Positions 17,468 through 26,588 of a DNA stretch of 64,000 nucleotides are shown piece after piece. Source of the stretch: Candidatus Multivoradales bacterium (GTDB lineage Bacteria; Acidobacteriota; Thermoanaerobaculia; Multivoradales; Multivoraceae); NCBI GenBank assembly GCA_965223325.1, contig CBDCWI010000002.1, positions 1,088,001-1,152,000 on the forward strand, read 5' to 3'. A program made the translations under genes and the position numbers. A model generated the notes under the pieces. The model was not told where the DNA came from. It saw only the letters and a program-made list of their open reading frames with translations, and made no database searches. Position 1 is the stretch's first letter. Each line of letters begins with the position of its first letter.

Positions 17468-19675
17468 TCAGTCGCCGATCGGCCTTCCACTCCACTCACC
17501 CGGCCGCCGGTCTGCGGACTGAAAGCGCCCGCTCATGAGGCTTCGTTCGGCGACGCCTTCGAGCACCAACTGCCCGACCGGTTCACCGAAGTCCATCACC
17601 AGCGAAACGCGAGGCGGTGAGCCGGCGGTGTAGCGACCGCTGACCTTTGTCTGGTAGTCGCGCAGGAAAAGAATGTCGTCTTCGAAAGAAATCGAGGCGC
17701 GTCCGAGAACCGCACCGCCACGATGCTCGAGGTCGAGTCGCAGCCGTACCTGAATGTCATCGCTGGGATAGAACACGTTGGCCAGCGAAATGTCCCAGGC
17801 ACCGGACAGGTCACCGAAATCCGAAGGCGGCGACATCAGGACTCCGCGCAGAATGGCAAGGTCGTCGGCGTCGAGCCGCTCGAGATCGGCCGGCTCGGGT
17901 CGCCCGTAGCCGCCATTCTCGCGATTGATCTCGATCAGTCGATGCAGCACCTGGTGGTAGCGCGGCGCGTCGGCCGAGAGCTCCGGCGGTCGCGCGCGCG
18001 CAAACGTATCGAGAAACCGGTTCCACACCGTGCTCTGCCAAAAGACGAAGAGATCGGCCGGCAACCGCGTGCCACCGGCGAGGAAGGTCGCTTCGAAGTC
18101 TGCCTCGTCGAGGCGCGCCAGGAGGCGACCTTCTTCGTAGCTCGGGCCGACCGCGCGCACTTCCCAGCCACCTTCGACACCGCGCTCCGCGAAGGGCTGC
18201 ACCTCGACCCGCAGCTCGGAATCGTCGGTGGCAAGGCGAAAGAGCTCGTCGAGTGCCTCGACCGATGCGCGCACCTCATCGGGCCAGTCAGCAGCCGAGG
18301 TCATCGGCTCATCCGGCGGCGGCGGCGGCCCGTCGACCCTCAGATAGAACGCCGAGCCGAGAGGCGACCGAATGTGCCAGGCATCGAGTCCTGGAACGTA
18401 GGCAGCCGAGAAGGCAACACTGACCGGCGCGACAATACGCGGCATGACCTCCAACCGCTCGCGCGCCACAATCTCGGTGCCTTCCGTTTCGATCGCCACC
18501 TCGACGTTGCGATTGCCCTCGCGCGTCACCATCGGCACGGTGGCCGTCACCCGACCCGAGCTTGCCAGGGCGACGCGACCGTAGTGCGATCCAAACCTCA
18601 CCCGAGTGCCGCGCACGCTGGTGGGGAGACCGTCGCCGATGATCGCCACTTGCTCGCCGACCCGCACGCGCTGCGGTTCGATGGCTCGGATTTCGGTGAT
18701 CGTGCCGTACTGCAGGGTGGTTTCAAAGAGCAAAAAGCCCGCTGACTCGATGCGTAGCGGCAGCGCCTCGTCACCGGCGTTCAGACCGCGTACCGCAGGC
18801 ACGTGGAACAAGAGTCGCCCCGAGAGCAGTTCGTACGACGGCACCGGCACTTCACCGATGGTGATCTCGAGTTCCTGGTCGGGATCGATACTGGCACTCT
18901 GCAACATCACCTCATGTCCCTCTGCAACACGCCCGGGGTTCACCGAGACAGCCTCCCAGAGGACAGGTCGATCGGTGAACGCACGCCACATCAAGAGCGC
19001 CGAAGTGACCACCAGAAGAGCCAGCCCGATGACGGCCGCCGGTGGCAGCGCCGGCTTGCGTTTCTCCTTCTTCCTCTTGGCTGCAGAACGAGAGCCGGCA
19101 GCGGACTCTCCAGCGTCGTCGTCGGCGAGCTCGGGTTTCGCCACGTGCCGAGACGGGTCGAAGGGCTCGGCGACCGAGGGCTGCTCCGCCTCCTCGGCGG
19201 GCGGCTGTGACGGCTCGACTTCGGCGAGGGTCGGCCGATTCTCCTCCGGTACGACCTCCTGCGGTTTGGTGGGTCGGTCCTGGTCGAGCAGGTCCATCTC
19301 GGCCAGGAGCTCGGCAGCCGGATCGCTGAACCAGAACAGGCTCGCCTCCTGGGGCTCGGTCTCGTCGGTTCCGAAGCCGATCAGCTGGCCGTGATGGAGG
19401 GCCGTGACTTCGGTGACGAAGACACCGTTGAGAAAGGTGCCGTTGGTCGAAGCGAGGTCTTCTAAGAACACCCGCCCCTCGCGCACGAACAACAGGGCGT
19501 GAGCCTTCGAAACGATCGGATCTTCAATGCACAGATCGTTCTCGGGGCTGCGTCCGATGGTCAGGACGCCGCAGTCCGGAACCTCGAAGCAGCGCTCGGT
19601 CTCTCCCGTTGGTCCGAGAAGACAAAGAGCCGCCCGCGGCGCGTTCACCGCGGCATCGCCCGGAGACCGACTCAC
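17468..19675 (-). CDS. FHA - acidic/Pro linker - TM - IPT/TIG-domain protein (candidate SctD replacement)
   Basis: Canonical FHA (IGR, VSKAH, DLASTNGTFLNG), a basic stretch then a TM helix, and IPT-like repeats (IRAIEP....GEQVAIIG.GL...RVRFG). GTG 19675 overlaps the upstream TGA. Confidence 0.75.
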   Translation of the reverse strand: MSRSPGDAAVNAPRAALCLLGPTGETERCFEVPDCGVLTIGRSPENDLCIEDPIVSKAHALLFVREGRVFLEDLASTNGTFLNGVFVTEVTALHHGQLIGFGTDETEPQEASLFWFSDPAAELLAEMDLLDQDRPTKPQEVVPEENRPTLAEVEPSQPPAEEAEQPSVAEPFDPSRHVAKPELADDDAGESAAGSRSAAKRKKEKRKPALPPAAVIGLALLVVTSALLMWRAFTDRPVLWEAVSVNPGRVAEGHEVMLQSASIDPDQELEITIGEVPVPSYELLSGRLLFHVPAVRGLNAGDEALPLRIESAGFLLFETTLQYGTITEIRAIEPQRVRVGEQVAIIGDGLPTSVRGTRVRFGSHYGRVALASSGRVTATVPMVTREGNRNVEVAIETEGTEIVARERLEVMPRIVAPVSVAFSAAYVPGLDAWHIRSPLGSAFYLRVDGPPPPPDEPMTSAADWPDEVRASVEALDELFRLATDDSELRVEVQPFAERGVEGGWEVRAVGPSYEEGRLLARLDEADFEATFLAGGTRLPADLFVFWQSTVWNRFLDTFARARPPELSADAPRYHQVLHRLIEINRENGGYGRPEPADLERLDADDLAILRGVLMSPPSDFGDLSGAWDISLANVFYPSDDIQVRLRLDLEHRGGAVLGRASISFEDDILFLRDYQTKVSGRYTAGSPPRVSLVMDFGEPVGQLVLEGVAERSLMSGRFQSADRRPGEWSGRPIGD

Positions 19676-20874
19676 AGCGCCATCTCCATCAGCATGGCCA
19701 GGAGAATCGCAGCCGACATCGAAAGCGCCACCAGGCCGACGGTCTTGAGAAGCAGGCCCCACGGAATCGCCCAGAACCAACGTTCGGCTTGCGGAACCGG
19801 CGCTTCCTCCCAGGCAGCCGGCTCGGGCGGCACGACGGAAGCAGCCGGGCGGCCCATGATGCGCTGCTCGAATCCCGCCCGGCCCGTACCAGCCGGTCCC
19901 GAAGACGGTTCGGGGTCCGCCTCAGAGCGAATCTGCCAAGCGGGCGGCGCACCGCCGCGCGGCGCTCTTGGTGCGTCTTTCCAGGGCGTGCTCTCCCTGC
20001 CGCGCGGGTCGGCGCTCGCCTGTCCTGGGTCAAGAGAGAGTCCGGAAGCGGGGTCACCGAAGGGCGCCAGCTGGGGCTCATCGTGGTCCTGGGGGTCATC
20101 GGGCACCGAAGGCAGAAGCGGCCGGCGCGGCACCCTGAGGGTGACATCGATTCTGCTGTGCTCAGAACGCTCCACCCGCGCTTCGACCGCCGCAACACCG
20201 GGCCCACCGGGACGCACCAGAGTGTCGGCCTGGCCGAACGCCTGCGACTCCAAAGCTCCGGACTCGCCGCTAGCGCCCCGCGTCACAACTCGTGTCTGTT
20301 CGAGTGACACCTGCACCTCGGCGTCACTATCGACACCGGTCAAACGATCGAGGAGGTTGGCAAACGCAGGAACGGGCTCCCCCTCCGGCGCCGCCTCGGT
20401 GCCACCGACCGAAAGCACTTCGGGGACTCGAATCTCGATATCGGGCGGCGCCACGGCTGCAGGTGGTACCGGGGCGACTTCGCCGACTGGAAGAGCAGGA
20501 GACGCAACATCGTCGAAATCGAACTCCCCGCTCGCGGAATCAGCGACCCACACGGCGGTCTCAGAGAGCGGCGCGTCGGACGGCTGGACGACCACCCGGA
20601 AGCCACCCACGATGACCGGCTCCCCGAAGGCCAGCGGCACCGCCGATTCACGCAGAAGTGGTGCACCCTGGTACTCGGAGCCGGTACTCGAGCCGACATC
20701 TTCGACCAGTACCCCCGAGCCGCTGCGACGCAACAACAGATGGCGCCATGAGAAAGCCTGAGAGCGCACCCGAACGTCACTGTTCGGTGCCCTGCCCACG
20801 GTCGCAACGCCGCCGGTAAACGGAAACGCCAGGAGGCGTCCGTCCGGGGCATGAATCTCGATACGCATTCTCAT
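19672..20874 (-). CDS. FHA-domain protein with long disordered linker and C-terminal TM anchor
   Basis: TVGRAPNSDV, FSWRH, VEDVGSSTGS, a Pro/Ala/Glu-rich middle and a hydrophobic C-terminus. Lies directly after sctV. Confidence 0.72.
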   Translation of the reverse strand: MRMRIEIHAPDGRLLAFPFTGGVATVGRAPNSDVRVRSQAFSWRHLLLRRSGSGVLVEDVGSSTGSEYQGAPLLRESAVPLAFGEPVIVGGFRVVVQPSDAPLSETAVWVADSASGEFDFDDVASPALPVGEVAPVPPAAVAPPDIEIRVPEVLSVGGTEAAPEGEPVPAFANLLDRLTGVDSDAEVQVSLEQTRVVTRGASGESGALESQAFGQADTLVRPGGPGVAAVEARVERSEHSRIDVTLRVPRRPLLPSVPDDPQDHDEPQLAPFGDPASGLSLDPGQASADPRGRESTPWKDAPRAPRGGAPPAWQIRSEADPEPSSGPAGTGRAGFEQRIMGRPAASVVPPEPAAWEEAPVPQAERWFWAIPWGLLLKTVGLVALSMSAAILLAMLMEMAL

Positions 20875-20880
20875 CTCGCT

Positions 20881-23079
20881 CTAGGCCCCGGCCGGATCTC
20901 CGGCGCCGACCAGGCCACTCGCCATCTGCACGCGACCGACGGGTTGGATCTGGAGATCGGATGGAAGTTCCTGAAAGGACAGCACCGTGAGATTGCGGAA
21001 CTGATGACGGAGGAGCTTGCCGAGGAAGTAGCGCACTTCCATCTGGGTGAGCACCACCGCGTCTCCATTGACGCCGCTGAGGGCGGCACGGAATCCATTG
21101 ATCACCGCCTGGCTGGTGGACGGATCGAGCTCCAGTGAACTACCCGAGGCGGACTGCCTGATGCCAGCTTCCAGAGCCTGCTCGATCTCGGGATCGAGCA
21201 CCCAGGCCGAAAGCAGCGGCCGGCCTTCGGTGACTTTGTAGGCGATGTAGTTCTTGAGTCCCATGCGCACATACTCGGTGAGGTACACCGGATCGTTCTC
21301 GAACGGTGCCCACTGGGCAAGAGCCTCGAGGATCAAACGCATATTGCGGATCGAAATGTCCTCGTGCAGGAGGCGCTTGAGCACGTCGGTCAGGCGCTGC
21401 ACTGACACCAGCTTCGGCACCACCGCGCTGACCAGCGTCTCGAAGCCCTGCTGTTCGAGCAGATCGAGAATGTTCTGGGTGTCCTGAATACCGATCAACT
21501 GATCGACGTTGCGACGCAGGACGTTGGCCAGATGAATCGCCATGTACTCGTCTGGCTGCATCAGCTGGATGCCCACAGCGCCGGCACGCTCGGCATCGGT
21601 GGCTGGAATCCACAGCCCTTCTTGTTCGAGCGACGGGTGGTCACCCGGGATGCCGCGGATTCCGAGCTGCGCAAGGTAGCCGCCGTCGGCGTTGGCGTAG
21701 ACGTGGCCGGGATAAGCCTCGCCGGTCGCCGCCGGCACTTCGTTGACGTGGATGGTGTAGCTGTTCTCGTCGAGGTAGGCCGCATCGCCTCGCACCTTGA
21801 CTCCTGGGAAGTGCACCCCCAGATCCTGGAACATCCAGTCACGCATCTCCGGAATCAGCTGCTGGACGAAGCGCGGATCACGGTTGGCATCGACCAGCTG
21901 AGTGACCTGGGGCGAAGCCTCGAGAATGACCGGTTGGGAGACCGGTAGGCGGGCGCGATCGGAGTCTCCGCCATTGCCGCCACCAGCTGGAAGCGCTCCG
22001 CCGCCACCATCGACAATTCTCGCCTGCAGCGGGTCGGCCTCCTGCTGTTGCTTGCTGCGATGAAGGCTCCACACCAGACCCCAGCCACCTGCAGCGAGCG
22101 CCAAGAACGGAACCGTGGGCAAGCCGGGAATCAGACCGAGGAAGAGAAGCGTCGTCGCGGCGATACCGATGGCGCGTGGCTGCGCCAGAATCTGCTCACC
22201 GATCTCCTGCCCGAGAGGCTGACCGGCGTCTTCGTCGCCCCCGGTGGCAACGCGGGTGGTGATGATGCCGGCAGTGGTCGCGATCACCAGCGACGGGATC
22301 TGCGAGACCAGACCGTCACCGACAGTCAAGAGGATGTACTTGCTGGCCGCGGCGCTGAACTCGAGGCCTTTACTCACCACTCCGATCGACACACCGGCTG
22401 CGATGTTGACAAGGGACACCACGATGCCGACGATCGCGTCACCTTTGACGAACTTCATCGCCCCGTCCATGGCGCCATAGAACTGCGACTCGCGCCCGAG
22501 GTACTCACGCCGCGCCTTGGCCTCGTGCACATCGATGAGCCCGGCCCGCAAGTCCGCGTCGATGCTCATCTGCTTGCCCGGCAAGGCGTCGAGGGTGAAG
22601 CGGGCCGCGACCTCCGAGACACGCTCGGCACCTTTGGCAATGACGATGAACTGCACCAGGGTAATCACCAGGAAGATCACGAAGCCGACCCCGAACTGCC
22701 CCTGGACGACGAACTTGCCAAACGACTCAATGACCTCGCCGGCATAGCCGTTGAGCAGGATCAGGCGGGTCGATGAAACATTGAGCGCCAACCGGAAGAC
22801 CGTGGCGATCAGCAGAATGCTCGGAAACGAGGCCAGCGAGAGCGCTCGCGGCACATAAAGCGAAACCATCAGGAGCGTCACCGCCAGGGTCATGTTGGCG
22901 GCCAGGAACAAGTCCAGGATGAACGTCGGCATGGGCACGAAGATCACCGCGATCATCGTGATCACCAGCGCCGCCAACGCCAGATCCGAGTAGCGGCGCA
23001 GCAACTGACTCAGGTTGCCGCCCAGAAGGCCTGAGAGAAGGTCGCGCGCCTGGTCCTGTTTGTTTCTGTTCTCGCTCAT
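20881..23079 (-). CDS. sctV: T3SS major export apparatus protein SctV (LcrD/FlhA family)
   Basis: FRLALNVSSTRLIL, ERVSEVAARFTLDALPGKQMSIDADL, ESQFYGAMDGAMKFVKGDAI (injectisome-type), VGDGLVSQIP, VLSFQEL. Confidence 0.95.
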   Translation of the reverse strand: MSENRNKQDQARDLLSGLLGGNLSQLLRRYSDLALAALVITMIAVIFVPMPTFILDLFLAANMTLAVTLLMVSLYVPRALSLASFPSILLIATVFRLALNVSSTRLILLNGYAGEVIESFGKFVVQGQFGVGFVIFLVITLVQFIVIAKGAERVSEVAARFTLDALPGKQMSIDADLRAGLIDVHEAKARREYLGRESQFYGAMDGAMKFVKGDAIVGIVVSLVNIAAGVSIGVVSKGLEFSAAASKYILLTVGDGLVSQIPSLVIATTAGIITTRVATGGDEDAGQPLGQEIGEQILAQPRAIGIAATTLLFLGLIPGLPTVPFLALAAGGWGLVWSLHRSKQQQEADPLQARIVDGGGGALPAGGGNGGDSDRARLPVSQPVILEASPQVTQLVDANRDPRFVQQLIPEMRDWMFQDLGVHFPGVKVRGDAAYLDENSYTIHVNEVPAATGEAYPGHVYANADGGYLAQLGIRGIPGDHPSLEQEGLWIPATDAERAGAVGIQLMQPDEYMAIHLANVLRRNVDQLIGIQDTQNILDLLEQQGFETLVSAVVPKLVSVQRLTDVLKRLLHEDISIRNMRLILEALAQWAPFENDPVYLTEYVRMGLKNYIAYKVTEGRPLLSAWVLDPEIEQALEAGIRQSASGSSLELDPSTSQAVINGFRAALSGVNGDAVVLTQMEVRYFLGKLLRHQFRNLTVLSFQELPSDLQIQPVGRVQMASGLVGAGDPAGA

Positions 23080-23098
23080 GATCTTCTCGGGCCCCGTC

Positions 23099-24169
23099 TC
23101 AGCGGGCCGCCTCGAACTCGTCGCCGCCTTCGCGGCGGATCTTCCAGGCGAAGAGCAGAACCTGCGCCACCGCATCGAACAGCTCCGAGGGCACGAAGCG
23201 ATCGACGCGCACGTCGTAGAGCGCGTGCGCGAGCGGCACGTCGCGAAGGATCGGAACATTGCGGCGACGCGCCATGCGGATGATCATCTTGGCCTTCTTG
23301 TCGAGGCCCTTTGCGGTGACCTTCGGCGCCGCCATGTCTTTGTCGTTGTAGCGCAGGACAATCGCGTAGTGGGTGGGGTTGACCACCACTGCGTCGGCCT
23401 GGCGAACGGCGGTCTTGACGTCTTCGCTGAGAATCTCCTGATGAATCTGGCGGCGTTTGCCTTTGATCTGAGGATCGCCTTCTGAATCCTTGAACTCGCG
23501 CTTGATCTCGTCCTTGGTCATCATCAGGTCCTTCCTCCACTTCCAACGTTGGAACGCGAAGTCGAGAAGACCAATGGCCGCAAACACCGCCGCCACCGTC
23601 AGCAGGAACCGTCTGGCAATCGAGCCGGTGTGAAACGCGACACCCGCTGCGTCGACGTAGCCGAGTTGTAGAAGGACGCCCCGCGAACCCCAGATCGTCA
23701 CCCCTGCGATCAAGAACAGGAGCGTCAACTTGGCGAAGGTCTTCGCCAGTTCGAAGAGCCCTCGGGTAGAGAAGATGTTCTTCGCCTGCTTGAGCGGATC
23801 GAGTTTCTCGAGCTTGGGCTTCAGCTTCTCGGTCGAAACCACCGGACCGACCTGGATCCAGGCCGCGAGCGCTCCCAGAAGCGCCAGGGGTACGACGATC
23901 GGTAGGAGGAGTAGAAACGCCGTCCAGATCGCCTCGCGGAGCACCGCCGGCATGAGCATTGGGTCGAGCGCTTCGGCTTCGACCCTCGATACCGCGTCGC
24001 CATAGATCTCGGTGAACGACCGCTGGATGGCGCGCATCGAGACCGAGATCACCAACAGGCCACCGAGAAAGGTGGCCACCGAGTTCGCGTCTTTGCTGAA
24101 CGGCACATTGCCCTTCTTGCGCGCGTCGCGGAGCTTCTTGGGGGTGGGCTGTTCGGTCTTGTTCGACAT
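23099..24169 (-). CDS. sctU: T3SS export/switch protein SctU (YscU/FlhB family)
   Basis: KTEQPTPKKLRDARKKG, MTKDEIKREFKDSEGDP, autocleavage motif NPTH. Confidence 0.95.
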   Translation of the reverse strand: MSNKTEQPTPKKLRDARKKGNVPFSKDANSVATFLGGLLVISVSMRAIQRSFTEIYGDAVSRVEAEALDPMLMPAVLREAIWTAFLLLLPIVVPLALLGALAAWIQVGPVVSTEKLKPKLEKLDPLKQAKNIFSTRGLFELAKTFAKLTLLFLIAGVTIWGSRGVLLQLGYVDAAGVAFHTGSIARRFLLTVAAVFAAIGLLDFAFQRWKWRKDLMMTKDEIKREFKDSEGDPQIKGKRRQIHQEILSEDVKTAVRQADAVVVNPTHYAIVLRYNDKDMAAPKVTAKGLDKKAKMIIRMARRRNVPILRDVPLAHALYDVRVDRFVPSELFDAVAQVLLFAWKIRREGGDEFEAAR

Positions 24170-24241
24170 GGTGCTGGTGCCGTGGTCCTTCGCCCCGCTC
24201 TACATAGAAGGGAGTCCGGAAAAAGCCAGGGTGTCCCTCAC

Positions 24242-24270
24242 TTCTTCCCGGTTCCCGAGGATTCGTTACC
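24242..24270 (-). promoter_or_regulatory. Candidate ECF-type promoter GGTAAC-N16-GGAAGAA upstream of sctU
   Basis: Reverse strand reads GGTAAC gaatcctcgggaaccg GGAAGAA in the sctT-sctU gap. Confidence 0.55.
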
Positions 24271-24310
24271 GGCTGCGGAGAAAGAACCCAGAACTCCTTG
24301 AAATAGGGCC

Positions 24311-25258
24311 CTAGAGCGATGGCGGCTCCCCTGGGAGAGGGACATTCTGGGGCGCCGTCCCTGGTTCCTGGCGCCCTTCTCCTGGGTCCTCGCCCGGTGC
24401 GACCTCTGCGGCAACCGGATCGGGAGGCGTCCAGACTTCGACCGGAATCGCGCGGTGGAACTGCCCGCGGTACTCGAGCACCATCGAGCCGAAGATGTCC
24501 TGGACCCAGTAGAGCGAGAGACCGACCATCAGCGCCGCCAGGGTCGACTTGAGCGACAGGCTGATGAAGAACACGTCGAGCTGCGGTGCCATCCGGTTGG
24601 CGACTCCGAGCATCAAGTCGAGCAGGATGATCACCACCAGGGCTGGCGCGATGATGCGCAGCATCATGCTGAACAGTGATCCCACACCTTCCGCGAAACC
24701 AACGCCGATTGGCCCGGCGGCCCACGCGAAGTCGAGCGGCGGAAAAACGCGGTAGGAGTCGAAGACCGCGCCAAGAAACCAGAGGTGGCCGCCGCTGACC
24801 AGAAAGAGCACCACGAAGAGCTGGAAGTAGAAGCCTCCGAGGAGTGAACTCTGAACCTGCACCTGCGGCAGCAGGAGGTTCGCGGTCGTGGTGCCACGCA
24901 CATTGTCGAGAAACCGGCCGCCCATCTCGGCAGCCCAGAAGACCAGACTGGCGCCGAAGGCGAGCGTGAAGCCGATCACCACTTCCTTGATCAAGAGCGC
25001 CCACCATGTAACTTCTGAGATGCGCAAGGGAACCGGCGCCACCGCGCTCATGCCCGGCAACAGCCACAACGCCGTCGACACGGCCAGGGCCAGCTTGATC
25101 GGGTTGGGAACCAGCTTGCCACCCAGGAAAGGCGTGAGCGCAAACACCGGCGCCCAGCGCGCCATACCGAGCAGAAAGAGTTGCAGCGCACCGACCGGAT
25201 CGTGGCGAATGCCAAGCTCCCCGAAGACGGCGAGGAAGAACTCGTCGAGAGGGCCCAC
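24311..25258 (-). CDS. sctT: T3SS export gate SctT (FliR family)
   Basis: PFLGG..VP, KEVVIG, AEMGGRFLDNVRG, GVANRMAPQLDVFFISLSLKS. Confidence 0.93.
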   Translation of the reverse strand: MGPLDEFFLAVFGELGIRHDPVGALQLFLLGMARWAPVFALTPFLGGKLVPNPIKLALAVSTALWLLPGMSAVAPVPLRISEVTWWALLIKEVVIGFTLAFGASLVFWAAEMGGRFLDNVRGTTTANLLLPQVQVQSSLLGGFYFQLFVVLFLVSGGHLWFLGAVFDSYRVFPPLDFAWAAGPIGVGFAEGVGSLFSMMLRIIAPALVVIILLDLMLGVANRMAPQLDVFFISLSLKSTLAALMVGLSLYWVQDIFGSMVLEYRGQFHRAIPVEVWTPPDPVAAEVAPGEDPGEGRQEPGTAPQNVPLPGEPPSL

Positions 25259-25534
25259 TCATGTGCCTCCGGCCACGATCTGGGGAAACGACTCGAAGAT
25301 GGTGATCGCGAAGCGCAGCACCAGACCCGCCATCCAATAGCCGAGCAACATCACGATGCCGAAGATGGCAACGATGCGGCCGACCATCGAGAGGGTCTGC
25401 TCCTGCACCTGGGTCAAGGCTTGGAAAAGCGCCACCGACAAGCCAACGAACATCGCGCCCAGGACCGGCGGACCCGAAATCAAGACCACCAACATGATCG
25501 CCTGTTGGGCGAAGCGCAGGTACTCCTGACCCAT
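25259..25534 (-). CDS. sctS: T3SS export gate SctS (FliQ family)
   Basis: VGLSVALFQALTQVQEQTLS, 91 aa. TGATG overlap with sctR. Confidence 0.93.
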   Translation of the reverse strand: MGQEYLRFAQQAIMLVVLISGPPVLGAMFVGLSVALFQALTQVQEQTLSMVGRIVAIFGIVMLLGYWMAGLVLRFAITIFESFPQIVAGGT

Positions 25535-26238
25535 CAGAGGTATCCCTGCAGGAGCCCGCGAGTCAGCACCGTCCAGCCGTCGGTCATGATGAACAGGAGC
25601 AGCTTGAAGGGCAGTGAAACCACCACCGGCGAAAGCATGTGCATGCCCATCGCGAGCAGAATGTTCGAGATCACCATGTCGATGACCAGAAATGGCAGGA
25701 ACAGCAGAAAGCCGATCGCAAAGGCCTCGGTGAGCTCGCTGATCGCAAACGCCGGAATCAAGACGACGAGATTGTCGCGCTCCATCCCCGTGCGCCATGA
25801 CTCCGGTCCCATGCGCCGCGCCCACTCGAGAAAGAACTCGACTTCGTGCTCGTGCGCGTGGCGCGCCAGAAACGTGCGAATCGGCGGCTTGCTCTTCTCG
25901 AAGGTCTCGAGCAGAAGCGCCGCACCCTGCCCGGAGAGCGCCTCCGCGCTCACGTCGCCGGCGAGCTCGGGTTCGAGCTGCTCGTAGATCTCAGCTCCCA
26001 CGGGTGACATCACATACACCGAAAGCAGAACCGCCAGGCCCAGGATCACCGGGTTCGGCGGGATCTGCTGGGTGCCGAGAGCGTTGCGGAGAATCGAGAA
26101 GACCACCGAGAACTTGAGAAACGAGGTGGTCATCATCAAGAGGAACGGCAGCAACGAGAGCAGCCCAAGCAGGATCACCGAGTTGATCGGGTTGGCGCCG
26201 ATCTGACTCGCCTGCGCGACCGTGGTGAGAACGCTCAT
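25534..26238 (-). CDS. sctR: T3SS export gate SctR (FliP family)
   Basis: MTTSFLKFSVVFSILRNALGTQQIPPN, PAFAISELTEAF, LPFKLLLF..DGW. No cleavable signal peptide of the FliP kind. Confidence 0.95.
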   Translation of the reverse strand: MSVLTTVAQASQIGANPINSVILLGLLSLLPFLLMMTTSFLKFSVVFSILRNALGTQQIPPNPVILGLAVLLSVYVMSPVGAEIYEQLEPELAGDVSAEALSGQGAALLLETFEKSKPPIRTFLARHAHEHEVEFFLEWARRMGPESWRTGMERDNLVVLIPAFAISELTEAFAIGFLLFLPFLVIDMVISNILLAMGMHMLSPVVVSLPFKLLLFIMTDGWTVLTRGLLQGYL

Positions 26239-26588
26239 CAGGTCTCGCCCCCACCGGCAGCAGGCGGCTCTTCGAGCCGGCCCCTGAGCTGACGGTTCGC
26301 TTCGTCGGCGTCGTCCGCCAGCCACCCGTCGACCCGCTCGATTCCGCTCGGGCTGGTGCCGATGAGCCAGCGACGGCCCTCGTAGGCGACCACCAACAGC
26401 CGGTTGCGACTGTCGAGAACCTTCATGTCGAGAATCTCGATACCAACCCCGCCGCCAGCCAGACGACGGCGCTCAAGCGCCGGCAGCACCTTGCGCGCGA
26501 CGGCAGCCAGCACCAGGATGAGCGCCACGACGACCACCAGTGACGCCAGCATGCGAAAGCCATAGACCGCCAGTTCACCTTCAGCCAT
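26238..26588 (-). CDS. fliO: FliO-like protein
   Basis: N-terminal TM (RMLASLVVVVALILVLA) then IEILDMKVLDSRNRLLVVAYEGRRWLIGTS, the FliO beta pattern. Lies between sctQ and sctR, overlapping both. Confidence 0.8.
   Translation of the reverse strand: MAEGELAVYGFRMLASLVVVVALILVLAAVARKVLPALERRRLAGGGVGIEILDMKVLDSRNRLLVVAYEGRRWLIGTSPSGIERVDGWLADDADEANRQLRGRLEEPPAAGGGET

Noticed and set aside
23076-25337. 753-aa minus-strand ORF and the many other long Arg/Pro/Gly-rich overlapping ORFs
   Set aside because: These are alternative-frame or antisense shadows of well-supported genes in high-GC DNA, with no motifs.
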